From Lama glama (Eukaryota): DNA of 64,000 bases. The position numbers were made by a program, and so were the translations under genes. The notes under the pieces are model-generated. The model had not been told where the DNA came from. It saw nothing but the letters and a program-made list of their open reading frames with translations, and did no database searches. The stretch covers positions 77,130,001 through 77,194,000 of the forward strand of contig CM052816.1 in NCBI GenBank assembly GCA_028534125.1, read 5' to 3'. How positions within the stretch are numbered: position 1 is the stretch's first letter; each line of letters begins with the position of its first letter. Of the stretch, positions 37,087 to 49,759 are shown one piece after another.

Positions 37087-37379
37087 GCTGATACATTACG
37101 TTCCAGTAAACAAACAAACAAAGAAACAAAACACAGTTCTGTAAGTTCATATATAAAAGGCCAAGAAAAAGTTCTGATAGAATATGTGTAAAAATGACAA
37201 TAACAGTTACCTTCAGGGAGGGCCTAGGATGTGGGGAGGGCATTTGAGAGATACTTTTTAATTCATGTGCTATTCTAATTTTTTACAACTCAAATACACT
37301 TATGTACATTTGTGAAATTAAAAACAAATACAACCACAAAAACAAAAATATAGCTCTGTATCTTTATCTGCATCTCAGA

Positions 37380-37900
37380 TCCTTCAAAACCTGGGCTCTA
37401 GGGCTGGATACGCAATTACTTATTTTACACTTGGATATCCCATATTGTGCTTGGACACCCCTCAGAATCTTTCCATCAAAGTGTCCCCCCAATAAACTCA
37501 ACACCTCCTGCCTCCACTTTCTGTCCTGTATCTTCTCTCAGTGAATGAGAACATCACCGCTTACCTGATCGCCCAAGTGAGGAACGTTGAAGTCATTTTT
37601 GACTTTTCTTTCTACCTCGCTGTGCTACCTCCAATTCATGTTCAAGTTCTGTTGATTCCATCTCCTTAATATTTCTCAGACCCTCCGATTCTTTCCATCT
37701 GCTGCCATGATCTTATTTAGGCTGCCATCCACTCTGCCTGATTCTTGTTTCAGAATCAAGGCTTTGCTCCGTGACCCCCGTCTTGCTCCTCTTTAATCCA
37801 CCCTCCACGTTCCTGTAGGGCCATCTTTCTGAAACATTAAGCTGCTCAAATTCGTTGGCATGGAATCCTTCATAGTCTTCCAGTTGCCATCTATGGCGTT
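37380..37900 (+). mobile_element. L2 fragment
   Basis: cagtgaatgagaacatcacc...gttctgttgattccatctccttaatatttctc. Confidence 0.7.
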
Positions 37901-38661
37901 TTATGACCATTTCCATGTTGGGCCTGAGAGGCAATCAGTAGCCTGGAAAGAAGAATGAAACACTCCACCCCAGCCTGGGAGACGGAGAGCACCGTGTGGG
38001 CTAACTGGCCATGTCCAGTCCCAGTCTGTCCTCATGATTCCACTCAACCCTGTGGATTATACTGTGTCCGTGGACTAACTGGAGGGAGTTCAAAAAGAGA
38101 GCAGGAATGATGGGAGGGGTAGAAGAAAAGAAAAGATATAGGGAGAAAAGTTAAAGGGGTAGCTGTCTGTCTGTCTATCATCTGTCTATCTTTAGGTGGT
38201 ATCCTCAAATGGAGGTAGAGGCTGAGAACTCACTCTGACTTAAAGTAGAGGACTGACTCTAGGTAGAGAAGGGGTAGAGATGGTTAAAACTCTCAGTGCA
38301 CTGAGTGGGCCAGTGACCCCTGTGGTTTGAGATTCTTAATGAAGCAAATCTTGAAAAAAATAGAGAGAAAATTGGTGGGGTTTTTTGAATGGCACAATTG
38401 TTGATAGATCTTTAAACATTTTTTTTTGATTCTCATTAAAATTATTTTGATACTTTTGACATAATGATAATAACACCAATGGTTTAAAAGAAGTTTTTTA
38501 AGTGAGTCTGGCAGCTCCTTTTTTAAAATCTTAACTTCCTATTTTAGAAAATTTTTAAATATGTACAAAAGTAGAGAGAATAATTTATCAACCCTCATGT
38601 ATGCACCCTGAGTTTCAATAGTTAGTTTCTATTTGCCAGTCTTCTTTGGAGTATCCCCTAC

Positions 38662-39230
38662 ATGCCAGTTGTTAAGCAGTTGTCTCAGCTCCAAGCCTAC
38701 CCTTCAATGTCCTCTTTGAGATGCTGGGGGCTGGACCTCTTCAAATCTCATTTCTGATTTACCAGCCAGCTCCCTATTGGACTCTGCCAATTGGCGGTGG
38801 TGGAGGGAGAATGAGGCTGTTGGCTTCCTGTGAACACCCCCACCCTTTCCCGAGGCAGCAAGTCCTTTCCAGACTGACAGTATATATAGTTGCAGTTTGC
38901 CTAACATTCACACAACCAGCCTCATCGCCTTCGTCACAGGCACCTGCCCCAGGTGGCCGCAGCACTGTCTGGAGTGCCCCAGAGCCCCAGCCCCCCTCCT
39001 CGAGCTCAGGGACAGTGCTGTCCTCAGAGGTCTGTGAGCCAGCCTAGTGGGGCCCCTTCTCCAGGCCTCCGGGTTCTGACAAGGGCACTAACTCCCTCCT
39101 GCAATTGCTGCTTCCATGGTACCTTAGGCTCTCTTTTCACCCCTTAGTGACCCGGTTAACAATTCTTACAGTTAAATTCTCTGTTACAATAAATGATCTG
39201 GATTCTGTTCCTGGCAAGATCCTGACTGAC
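38662..39230 (+). mobile_element. LTR33-like ERVL solo LTR
   Basis: TG start; gatgctgggggctggac; 3' end aataaa...gattctgttcctggcaagatcctgactgaca. Confidence 0.6.
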
Positions 39231-40654
39231 ATAGCCGTTACTCTTTATTTTAAAAGCCAATTCAGACATGTCACTTCATCTGTAAGTGCTCCAGGATGTG
39301 TGTCCAACCTAAATTATATAGCCACCATGACATTTACAAACTTAAAGTTAACAGTCATTCATTGATGCCCTTGAATAGTTAGTTTGTACACAAATGTCCT
39401 TGATCTTTCTGATGACTTCTGAAATCTTCATAAGCATCATTCATGAATGCTGTTGTGACGTAGGGAGGGAACAGGAGCAAGGGACGTGAGAGGTTGGGTA
39501 CTGGTCTAGATAAGAATTCCTAAAGAACCAGAAAACCATTTCCACTTGGCTATACCCAGGGAAGAAGGGAGTCCTGGGAGAAGACAGGTGCTTTAAGGGC
39601 AGACGTGGGGCCGTGGGAGTTCCTGGGAATCAAACCACAGGATTTGGAAGTGTTGGCCAAAACATTATCGATCGCTTTTGGACACTGCCTCCTCACCACA
39701 AGCCTGTGTGGACATGAGTGAAGGAAGTACCTACAGTTCACAACTTTACCAAGAAAAAACTGCAAAGGGGGTCTGAGGAGACGGAGTTCAGGGGCATGCT
39801 TGGGTTACGCTGGATGCTTTGGTCAGTTCAGTCCACAACAGGAATCTACTTCTGGCAGGAGATGCTCTGCTGGCTATCCCCTTCCTCCTGACATAAATCT
39901 TCACTGCTTTCCCAGGAGAAACATCGCCGTTGCCAAATGACGGTTTTCATAATAAAAGTTTCAGTGATTTATTTCTCTTCCCGAGATCCTCCAAACATAA
40001 GAAACTTAATTGGACTTGTCTAAACACTGTCAGTCACCCATAGCCTTGAAGACCTCCTTACTCCATGTTCAGATCATAACTAAAATTAATGTCACAATAA
40101 AGATGCCAAAACTCTGGGCTCTGGTAAAGGCAAGAGGAAAGGTAGTGAAAAATGATTGCACGGACTTCATGGCTCTGCTGCATTGTATTTCAGGGTTAAG
40201 GGAGGGGGTGAGAGGGGACCCATAGGGTGGAACACGTGATCACGTTGGCCATTTTCTTATGAACGCTCGTAACTTTCTTGAGCCTCCAGGCCATCCTCAC
40301 ACCAGACTGGGAAAACTTGGGTTACAAAAAATCTAGGGTGGTTTTAATAACATTTGTTAATAATCAATGCTGAACCATTAGCTACAGTGTATGTCTGCAT
40401 ATTATCCTTTTCTTAGCAAATCAGATTAGCTGTTACTTACACAGCTTGGTTAGAACAGCGCTGAATATTTCTCTTGACCTTGGAGTTCCAGCCTATGCCA
40501 GAACGTGTTTCTTAGTTATTGTCCATAAACTGTGTAGGTTCAGTAACTCAGCAAGCCCTAACTTTCAAGGTGAAACTGCATTGTGCTTAATCTCAACCAG
40601 CAGAATTCACCCAAAGACCAAGAGACAGAAAATCCAGGTTCTCCTTTTGCTCAG

Positions 40655-40825
40655 CTGCTTTTAGTGATAGGAACCGGTTAAGTCACAGTCCTTAGGGTCT
40701 CAGTTTTCTTACCTGCAAAATGGTAATGACTGCGAAGACTTTCCTTATTTTCCTTACAGGGTTGTGACAAGAATGAAATGAGGGAACCCTTTAAAAGCTG
40801 TAAACAACTATGTATTTGGGAGGTC
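40655..40825 (+). mobile_element. MIR SINE
   Basis: gtctcagttttcttacctgcaaaatgg...acagggttgtgacaagaatgaaatgag. Confidence 0.75.
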
Positions 40826-41789
40826 TCCTCAGAATTATTTTAGCAAGTCACGTAAGTTTTAAGAATGCTTCTGTTTAGGACCTTGGGAAATTCTTCAACC
40901 TTGCCTTGGCACGATTTAGCCCAAGGAGAAAAGAGGTAATTAATTCCCTTTCCTGTCTCTCTTAGAAGAAAGTTGTGGAAGAGAGATACTAAATGGAAAG
41001 ACCGTAAATTCTAAAGTTCTTTCTGAAATTGTCGCTAGTTGCAGCAGCTGAAAAGTCTGATATTAGAAGTCACTTCTATACCATGCAAGCAGGCACAGTC
41101 CTTTGGCACCAACCACCATCTTCTGAACTTGGTAGCTTCCCAGCTGTCTGTGAGGTTCTTGCATGCACAGCAGAAGCCAGCCCGAGTCTGTCTGCTGTTC
41201 TCTCACAAACCTAACTGCTGCTTTAGCATCGTCACAGCCCAAAGCCCTGTCACATCCCTGGAGCTGGGTCTCCGCGTGCCTGCCCTGCAAACATTCCTCC
41301 TCCCCATCTTGCGTCTCTGAATTCAGCTCACCTGGCAGAAAGTGTAGGTTAGTGCAAACTGACGCATTTCGCAACTTAACGGAGTCTTCTTAACTCCAGG
41401 TCCTCCAGAGCCTCTTCACATGCCATGTCCAGATCTGAAAGCCTGGAGGAAAGTCACTCTGTGGACCTTCAATTTGGTCACATTGTTTGTTCCATTAGAT
41501 CTGTACGATCTTTTAAAAAGCACTTTGGACAGTTTGATTTGGCTTTTGATGACCTTGATCATCAGGACATTATTGGCTGTGTCTTCCCTAGAAGCAGAGC
41601 TGAGTACCAGCTTTCATAAATGTATCATCACCAGGCATGGAAACAGCCAAAGGCTCCAGGAAGACTGCTCCATTCCACTTTCCAGATCTTGAGCAAGTGC
41701 GTCTCACTGGGGAAACCTCACTCAGATCCAAAACCCTGCTGCACAGGAGGCTGGCAGATGGCGACTTTAGCTCTTCAGTCTTTCCACAG

Positions 41790-42250
41790 AGACCGGTCCT
41801 CAACTCTCTCTTGACATCTCCTTTGACTCACTTGACTAAACCTTCTTCCTTGAAGCCCCTTCTGTTGGCGTCAGTGATACAGAACTCTCCTGGGTTTCCA
41901 CCCAGCTTTCTGGACCTCTGTTCTCAGTCACTTTTACAGTTTTTCTCTCTCTGCCCTTTCCTTAAATGATGGTGTTCCTTGTATTTACGTCCCAGGCCCA
42001 CGTTCTTTTCTCATCTTATATGCATTCTTTTTTTTAAGATGCTCTTATTTGCGTCCATGTTTTCAGTTACCATCTATTCACTGTTGACTCCCAAATTTGT
42101 ATCTCCAATATGTATCTCTTTTGAGTTTTAAACTGTATAGCCAACTCCCTATTAAAATTTTGTTTCCCAAAGGCAGGGTAAATTCAACATGTCCAATAAT
42201 GAATCCATCCAGTTTTCTCTTAAAATATATCCCTTCCCTGTATTTTCATC
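41790..42250 (+). mobile_element. L2 ORF2 fragment (possibly extending upstream to ~41000)
   Basis: ctcttgac...tttgac...ccttcttccttgaa (LLDLSAAFD-like region); gactcccaaatttgtatctcc. Confidence 0.7.
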
Positions 42251-43619
42251 ATCTGTGCAGGAATCCAACCAGAACCTTGACGTTTCAGAGGATTATACTT
42301 TTTACCTGGTGGCTGGCTTCCCAGAGGCAGGAAGAATTAACTGCTGCTACATCAGTTAAGGGCTCTGTCTGTAACTGCTGCATCGTCACTTCTGCTCAAT
42401 TAAATTGTTCAAACCAGTCATAGGTTCACCCAGGTGCCAAGAGCAGAGAAATTGGCTACGTCATTATGGGGGGGCGGCGGCAAGTTTGTATTGCAAAGGT
42501 GTGTGTGTGTGGAATGGGAGATATTTTGCAACAATGACAAAATCAGAAATCAAATTCAGACTCAAAAAACTGCAAAGCCAGGACACTTAACCTGTGAAGT
42601 TATATTGCTTCATATGCTGAGAAGAGCACTCCTTTCACTTCTATGAAATAGCTAAAATAAGGGAATATTGGGACTTCTCAATCATTAGTTAATTACCCAT
42701 TCATTTATTCATTAAGAATCTTTAAGTAATTACGACGATCTCAGGCATTGTTGGAGTGCACACAATAATGAATAGAATAGACAGGTCACTGGTCTCCTGG
42801 AGCCTTGTGTCCATTCTTCACCATTTTATAAGCAATTTTATTTTGAGCCCATGGAATCAGAATCAATTTTTTTTGAGGGTCAAAAACAATCTATTTTTGA
42901 TCCTAAGCAATGTTGGAAGGAAGCCCTACTGGGAAGTAGACGTCTGCACAGAGTTTAAAATTGAAGCTTGACCCAGTCAAAGTTTATAGCATCATAAAAT
43001 AGATCTCTTGGTGTGGCATGTATACAGAGGAGATTATACATTTTAAATATTTACAACTGATAAATATTTTTCATTATATGACAGTATTTGACACATAGCA
43101 GCTTGTAGGAAAAATGCTTGAATTCCTCATTCTGGTGAGTTAATTTCACCTCCTGTCCTAGGGCCACACTGTGGTGCTGGCTAAACGGCCAACGGTTGGC
43201 AGGCCAATTGTCAAAACAATCAATTGGATTACTGTGCAATCCAATTCCCTCATTAAGACAACCGAAACAATAACAACTAAATCAGATTGACTCTGTGGAA
43301 ATCTAATCAATTGCTCCACAATCAGATATAACAGCTCTCCAATCAAATTAATTTAATTTTATTTGGTTTAGTTAAGTGACATGGGCACAATCTTCGAGGT
43401 GTGCCTGTTCTCTCCTCATACACAGCATGGCATGATGTTAGGTATGTGGAGGGACCCTAAAGACCTCTGACTCTGTGCTTCTCATGTGGGAGGAGAGTGT
43501 AGGCAGCACAAAGTCACTAGATAAATGGAGTGTGTCTCTCTGGGGTGCTAAGTGTATCTTCAAATTTGGAGAGGGATATATTTACATATTTGAACAAGTA
43601 CAAATATGTCATGGAAAAT

Positions 43620-44015
43620 ATATTGATCAAGATAGATTAGATTATGCTCTGATAACAAAAAAATTTCCAATCCCAGCGGCTTAAAACAACAAAGCTTATT
43701 TCTCATTCATGCGAACATCCATGAAGGTCAGCTGGGGCCTGTGTTGCACGTTGCTCTCACTGTAGGATCTGGGCTGACAGAGCAGCCTCCCTGTAGAACA
43801 CGGCCTGCTGTCCTAGTGGAGGAGACAACCAGAGGAAACCATGGCCTAGATCTTCATGCACCACCTGGAAGCGGTACCTGTCATGTCCACACACACTTCA
43901 TCAGCCAAAACATATCAGAGAGACCCACCGATCTTCAAAGAGGGGCAGGGAGTGCAGTCCTACTATGTGCCCAGAAGAACTAGAAATGTTTTGTGGGCAG
44001 TATTAATATCTACCA
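43620..44015 (-). mobile_element. MLT1 (MaLR) LTR
   Basis: gatagattagattatgct...gcggcttaaaacaacaaag.ttatttctcattcatg. Confidence 0.75.
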
Positions 44016-44153
44016 CAGAATGGGGTGCAAAGTTCATGGAAGCTTTAGGATGAAACACAAGACTTCTAAGAAGGGTCTTGCAATCCACGGGCACCTACTC
44101 AAATGTCCATTAAATAGAGGAACTCTAGAAAAGGACACGCACTTGTCTGAAGT

Positions 44154-44769
44154 TGTTACTGAACTGAGGATGCACAGCAAGCCAAACGCTCAGACCCTGG
44201 GGTTTGCAGCCAAGAGAGAGTTCATTTACAAGGCAGCCAAATGAGGAGGCAGGAGAACAAGTCTCTCTGCAGGCGAGGGGCTTGAGCTATGTATGCGATA
44301 AAGCAGCAGGGTGGTCTTAGGTGTGGGGAGGGAGGACTGGAGGAAGGGAAAAGGTGAGGTGATTGGTGCTCTGTGCGGGCTTACCTGGGTTACGTGCTTC
44401 TTCACGGGTTGTGTGTTCAAAACGGAGGTGCTTAGCATGTTCTGAGAGTGGCGTTTTTGGCCCTCAGACACCTGCGCAGTCCCAGATTTGGGATTAATGG
44501 TCCCAACCAGCCTTGTCTGGCTTGAACTGGGCAGGGGCCAACTCCAGTTCCTGGAAAACAACTCAAGTCCCTGCCACCTCCCATCCTGCTCTTTACTATA
44601 GGGACCCATACATCAGAGGCGTCAGCTCTTGGGGTGGTTAAGAAGTCTGGTGATACATTACCTAGGCTACTGGAAGCTTGGAGGGTGCGTAATTAAAGAA
44701 ATTAAAAAAAAAACAACTAACATAGGCTTCATTAGCAAAGGCAGGTTACCAGCAGAGAGGTTTTTAACA
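44154..44769 (-). mobile_element. ERV1-type solo LTR
   Basis: TGTTA...TAACA inverted termini; gagagagttcatttacaaggcagccaaatgaggagg.aggagaacaag is typical antisense LTR U5/R sequence. Confidence 0.6.
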
Positions 44770-44774
44770 AGTTG

Positions 44775-44858
44775 GTTTTTTTTTAATTGAAGTGTAGTTG
44801 GTTTACAACATTGTGATAATTTCTGGTGTACAGCATAGTGATTCAGTTTTATATATAT

Positions 44859-44898
<40 letters not shown>
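44775..44898 (-). mobile_element. L1 3' tip plus (TG)n microsatellite (44861-44898)
   Basis: ttttaattgaagtgtagttggtttacaac...cagcatagtgattcag. Confidence 0.85.
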
Positions 44899-44901
<3 letters not shown>

Positions 44902-45249
44902 CCAGCTTCTGTTAACCCTATGGAGTATGATTTCAAAGTGCTTCATATTATCTTAAAATATATAAATGCGTATTCATTCCCTTATCTTTTGATATCAGTC
45001 TAAATGGATTTATAGGAAAATGAGTTTCTCGATTGGGATTCTTTATTGTCTGATATCCTTAAGTGCTTTCTCTTTGTGAGAAAAGCCAACAGCGAAGGCA
45101 TCTGAGTGAAAAGTCCTTCCTTCAAGATGTTTTACACTTTCTTTACCGTTGTCTCTTCCACACGTTATTTGGAAACAACTTTCAAGTGCAAGTACTTGCA
45201 TTAAACACTATATTTCCAAAGCTTTTAACTTACCTTTTCAGCATTCCCT

Positions 45250-45468
45250 TTTTCTTTCTTAATTGAAGTATAGTCAGTTTACAATGTGTCAATTACTGCT
45301 GTACAGCATAATGTTTCAGACATATACATAAATATATTCATTTTCATATTCTTTTTCATTATAGGTTACTACAAGTTATTGAATGTAGTTCCCTGTGCTG
45401 TACAGAAGAAACTTGTTATTTATGTATTCTATATATAGTAGTTAGTATCTGCAAATCTCGAACTCCCA
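45250..45468 (-). mobile_element. L1 3'UTR fragment
   Basis: aattgaagtatagtcagtttacaatg...agttagtatctgcaaatctcgaactccca. Confidence 0.9.
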
Positions 45469-45889
45469 AGCATGGACTTTTTATTTTAAAAGATTTCAAA
45501 CATTGACTATCTACCACCTAATCAGTAGAGTTTTCATGGAAACAATAGTTTCTCTTCTTTTGGTACTTATATTCTATGCATTTAAATAATATTTAATTAA
45601 ACTGTGTAATTATTGTAAGTACAAAAGGCACAAACAGGTTTGGGGATGATACAACTCAAGTGGAGGGAACAGAAATGCAAGAGCATAGCAGAGAGTATAG
45701 GGGCCGCTAGCCTCAGCCGCTCCTGACGTCAGATGGTACATTTTAAATAACAAATGGAGAGAGCCTGATGGTAATCTGCTGCAGTGACTTGTTAGAAGAA
45801 CTTGTACTAAACTTTGGTGGAAAAGCACTGTCCGACATCTGCATAAAGCAGGTAATGATCCTAAAGCCCAGAGCCTGTAAACTACTTAA

Positions 45890-46230
45890 ATCCATTCATT
45901 CATTCACTCACTCATTCATTTATTCACTGATGCATTCATAGGCAGTGTAGTGTATAAGAACACGGATTCTGGCACTGGACTGCCTGGATTTGCATTCCAG
46001 TTTTACTACGTGACCTTTGGCAAATTTCTTCACTTTTCCTTTTTCTCAGTTTCCCCAGCTATGAAATGGAAGACTAGAACCTACCCCACAGATTACATGA
46101 GATTATGGATGTAAGTGCTATGTAAATGTTAATTTATGATAAATGCGTTCATTTAATGAATATTTGCTGAGTAAATATTATGTGCCAAGTTTGGGCTAGT
46201 GATGGAGAGAGAAAGGTGAACGATAGCAAG
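45890..46230. mobile_element. L2 3' tail (minus) interrupted by a MIR (plus)
   Basis: (CATT)n tail; gactgcctggatttgcattccag...gtgacctttggcaaat; aatatttgctgag...tatgtgccaag. Confidence 0.65.
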
Positions 46231-46539
46231 TCAGTTCTCTAGTAAAGTTAATAGTCTAATATGAGGACACACCTATCACATAAGAAAGTTTTGAAATAAT
46301 CAAGTACAATTTAGTTACTAAATTTGTGGACATCACAGGGCAGAATATTTCATATTTGCAATGTTTGGCATCAGGTTTTCTATAGGCATCCAGGGATGCA
46401 GATATCTGGCAGTATTTAGCTGTTTGGTTATTGTCAACAACTAACAAAAATAATTAAGCATTTAAAAGTCCAGTTTGCTTGTTACCGGCTCCTCTCTTGT
46501 CCTCTGAGAGTCTGAGCAACATCTGCTCACTCCTTCCTG

Positions 46540-46722
46540 CACTGATTCTCAGTGTTTCCCTTCCCCTCTCCTCCAGCCATAACTTCTCACTATTTTCTCC
46601 ATCCTTCTCCCTCTTCTTTTTCTATTTCTTCTCCTTTTCCCTTCTCCTTTTCTCCTTCCACTCTTCAATCTTCTTTCTGTCAGCCTTTCCTCATTTTGCA
46701 AAATCTCATTCCTCTTTCCCCG
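46540..46722. repeat. CT-rich polypyrimidine tract
   Basis: Seen directly. Confidence 0.85.
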
Positions 46723-47539
46723 TCAGCAGAAACCGACCTACATAGCTCTTAGTCTTTGTCTGCAGTTGCCCTGCAGTTTGTCACAGGGTTTCCCTGAGGT
46801 GTATCTCCTATGCCTGCCAACTATTTAGGACTTCAGATCTGGAGATAGGGTGACGCATATTTAGAGAAGAACTCATAAGAATAATCAACTACAAGCTGCC
46901 ATCAACACTTGACAGCTTGCAGAATAGCTCTTTTAAGGAGAATGCAATTCATGCTGTGCAAAAGCCAGAGGAGGTTATAAAATTCCAAACCAGCGTCCTG
47001 AACTGTAGGGCAGCCAGAAAGACAATAGGAGAAGGTCGATTTAAACACAGCAAAGTGAAAACACAACATTGGATCTGGGAAGAATTGATGACAGCTAAAC
47101 TAAGAATTAGAAAGTGGGTTCGAAACTTCCTGTGGGAGCCCTGCATTGGCCTGTCTTCCCACTCCATGGACTCGGTGCCAGCAAACACATCTCCTTTTCA
47201 TTTGTCAGCATTCTGTTTCTTGTTAGAGACTGGGATTCCCGGCAGTGGGAGAGACCAACACTGCTTGGTGTGCAGGATCTGTGCTCCTACAACAGTCTCT
47301 GCACAGTTCGGTCCTCATGCTTCGGAGATGATGCTGGTGGTCCCAGCTGGGTGTGTTGCAGGGGCCACTGGCACCCGAGGACAAGCCCCCGCCTCTCCCC
47401 GGAGATAGCTCCCTCCTATTGCCTCACTAGAAAAATAAATTTTCTTTTTCTTGGACCATTTTCTCTCCTGAGCTTGCCTGGGCTGACACCTCCCCTCACG
47501 TAGCCAAACAGGTAGATGTTAGGGTCCTGTAGTCTTTGC

Positions 47540-47920
47540 ATAGGAGGGATGCTGAGGGACCAAGTGGGAAGGGACATGAGGGAGCCTCCTGGGTGCTGGA
47601 AATGTTCTCTATCATGGTCCGAGTGATGGTTGTATGAGGGCATGCAGATGTCAACATTCATCCAGCTGTGCATTTAAGATTGTACACTGCACTGTGTGAA
47701 AGTTATGTTCTAAGAGAGAGGGAGAGAGAAAGTCTAGAATCTGGGTTTGAATCCACTTAGGGTTGTATGACCTCTGACTCTTGCCAAGCCTATGGACGGG
47801 GATAACTATAGTGTCTACCACAGAGGAGCTGTCTGGATGAAATGGAAAAGCATTCGACAGTGTGTCAAGGGCTAGGTACTGGGTTAGCGCTCAGTGATAG
47901 ATCACAAGTATCATCATTGT
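47540..47920 (+). mobile_element. old L1 3' end followed by a MIR
   Basis: tgggtgctggaaatgttctctatc...; ctgggtttgaatcc...ggataactatagtgtctacc. Confidence 0.7.
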
Positions 47921-49759
47921 TGTTAGAGAAAATTATTCTTCGAATGTGGTAAGGAATGCAAATGTTTTCATTAAAAATCCCTCTTTGCCTATTGGAGCAT
48001 CTGGAGACCATCTTTCAAAGCCCTAGCTCAGAGGTGTGACTAATAGTGGGGCTGTTAGGCACCAAAGCAGGCTAACAGAAAAAAATGATTGGGCAAGTGG
48101 CCCGTGAGCGCTCTTGAAATAATACAAGCAGGGCAGCCCCAGCCGCCCGGCCGGCCTGTGCAGGCTGGCCTCACCTGTGTCTCACACCCATGACAGCCAC
48201 GTTTCTTGAGTCCTGCAGGCGAATTTCTGATGAGTTCATTTTTGGCAAATAAACTCCATTCATATGCAAAATGTAAACTCAATCTAGGCGCTCTAACACC
48301 CTTGCTGAGAAACAGAGCTGTGACTAACAGCATTATCTCAGCTCAGCGGTGGAAAATCAGAGCCTTCTTGATTCTTTTCCTGCCATCATTAAACTGTTTC
48401 ACTATGCCCAGGAAATGGATGAGACCCCTGGTATTTACTGGTGACCTCCACTTTGCCTGTAACTACTTAGAAATCCATAGAACTACAGAATTTCTGAGCT
48501 CTGCAAGGTCTTGAAGATTAGCTAAATGAAAACCCCTCACTTTATAGATGAAGTAGGAGGAAAAGTAACTTGCACAAGATTCATTCTTCTTTAACCATGT
48601 TTATTCAGCGACCGTGTGCCAGGATTTGTGGTAGACCCTGGACTACATAACGTGGCGTGGAAAATTCCTTCCAGAATTCTCCCAAGCCAGAATGTGACTT
48701 GAGTCAGTCCTGCCTGATATGCATTGATGTCTTCGATAGAATAGGAATTTAGACAGTGTACAACAGCCGGAGTGCTGAGTTAAATAATCTTGGAAGAATG
48801 AGGGGCTCTGTCTGCTGGCATTGCAGACTCTGCGGGCTTATGCACAGCTAAGACCCGAAGGCTGGTGCCCTGAACTGGGTGGTGGGCTGCAGCCTTCCTG
48901 GCAGCTTTCATCGCTGCCTCGCTTTGTAATCTCCTCTTCCGCATACAGCTCTTTGGGGCATCACCTTTGTTTGCTGCTTTGCTGATTTTTAGGCTGCTCT
49001 ACATAGTCATTCCATTTGGAATTCGACCACCTAAGTGTACTGGAGAGAGAAATGGAATGCACAAGGGGACTGGCCCTCGTCCTCAAATCCCCTAAACCAT
49101 GGGTCCTGACTGCGCTTGCCCTGGGGCATTAAACCACACGTTATCACCCTCCAAGCAAGTAACCTAAACTAATGAAGTGGACCAGGTACAAGACTGCAGA
49201 GAATATTGAAGGCTGTGGCAAATTGGAGAGGGCTCATTCTCTGTAAAGGGACAGTCACCGCCCAGTTTGGTGGGGTTTCCCATGGAGATGACAGAGCCAG
49301 CATTGCCACATCTTCAGATTTTTCAAAATAAGCCAGAAATTTCATTTTTTAAAAAAAGATGATGTCTCCCAGTTTTTTGAAATCATTCTGTGGGTCAAAT
49401 AAAAATTGATTTGTGTGCTCTAGGGCTGCTTTTTTTTTTTTTAATTGCTGCCCTAAGAGATGGTCCAGAGATATTCTTTCAAGTTCAAGGTCAAAAGACA
49501 GAGAAAATGAGAATGGGCAGAACGAAGTGTGGATACGAGAGTCTGTGACTTCTTGGTTCAGGAAAGACAGGGCAGATATTGTAAGAGGAGGTGTGATCAC
49601 GAGGAAGCTGAATTCCAACCACGTTACTCACCTCTCCCTCTGGGAAAGTCATTTTAAGCAACCTGAGCCTCCTTTTTCCCCTGGTAATGTGGGCTCATGC
49701 CATCTTCTTGGGGGTTTGTCATTCAGTCAAGAGACTTCGTGCTGTTGAGGTAGTCCATC

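Noticed and set aside
41000..41800. Overlapping ORFs suggesting a processed pseudogene
   Set aside because: No recognisable protein, poly(A) or TSD; more likely a degraded upstream part of the adjacent L2
46917..47503. 163-aa and 129-aa ORFs
   Set aside because: No recognisable domain, no convincing splice boundaries and random-like composition
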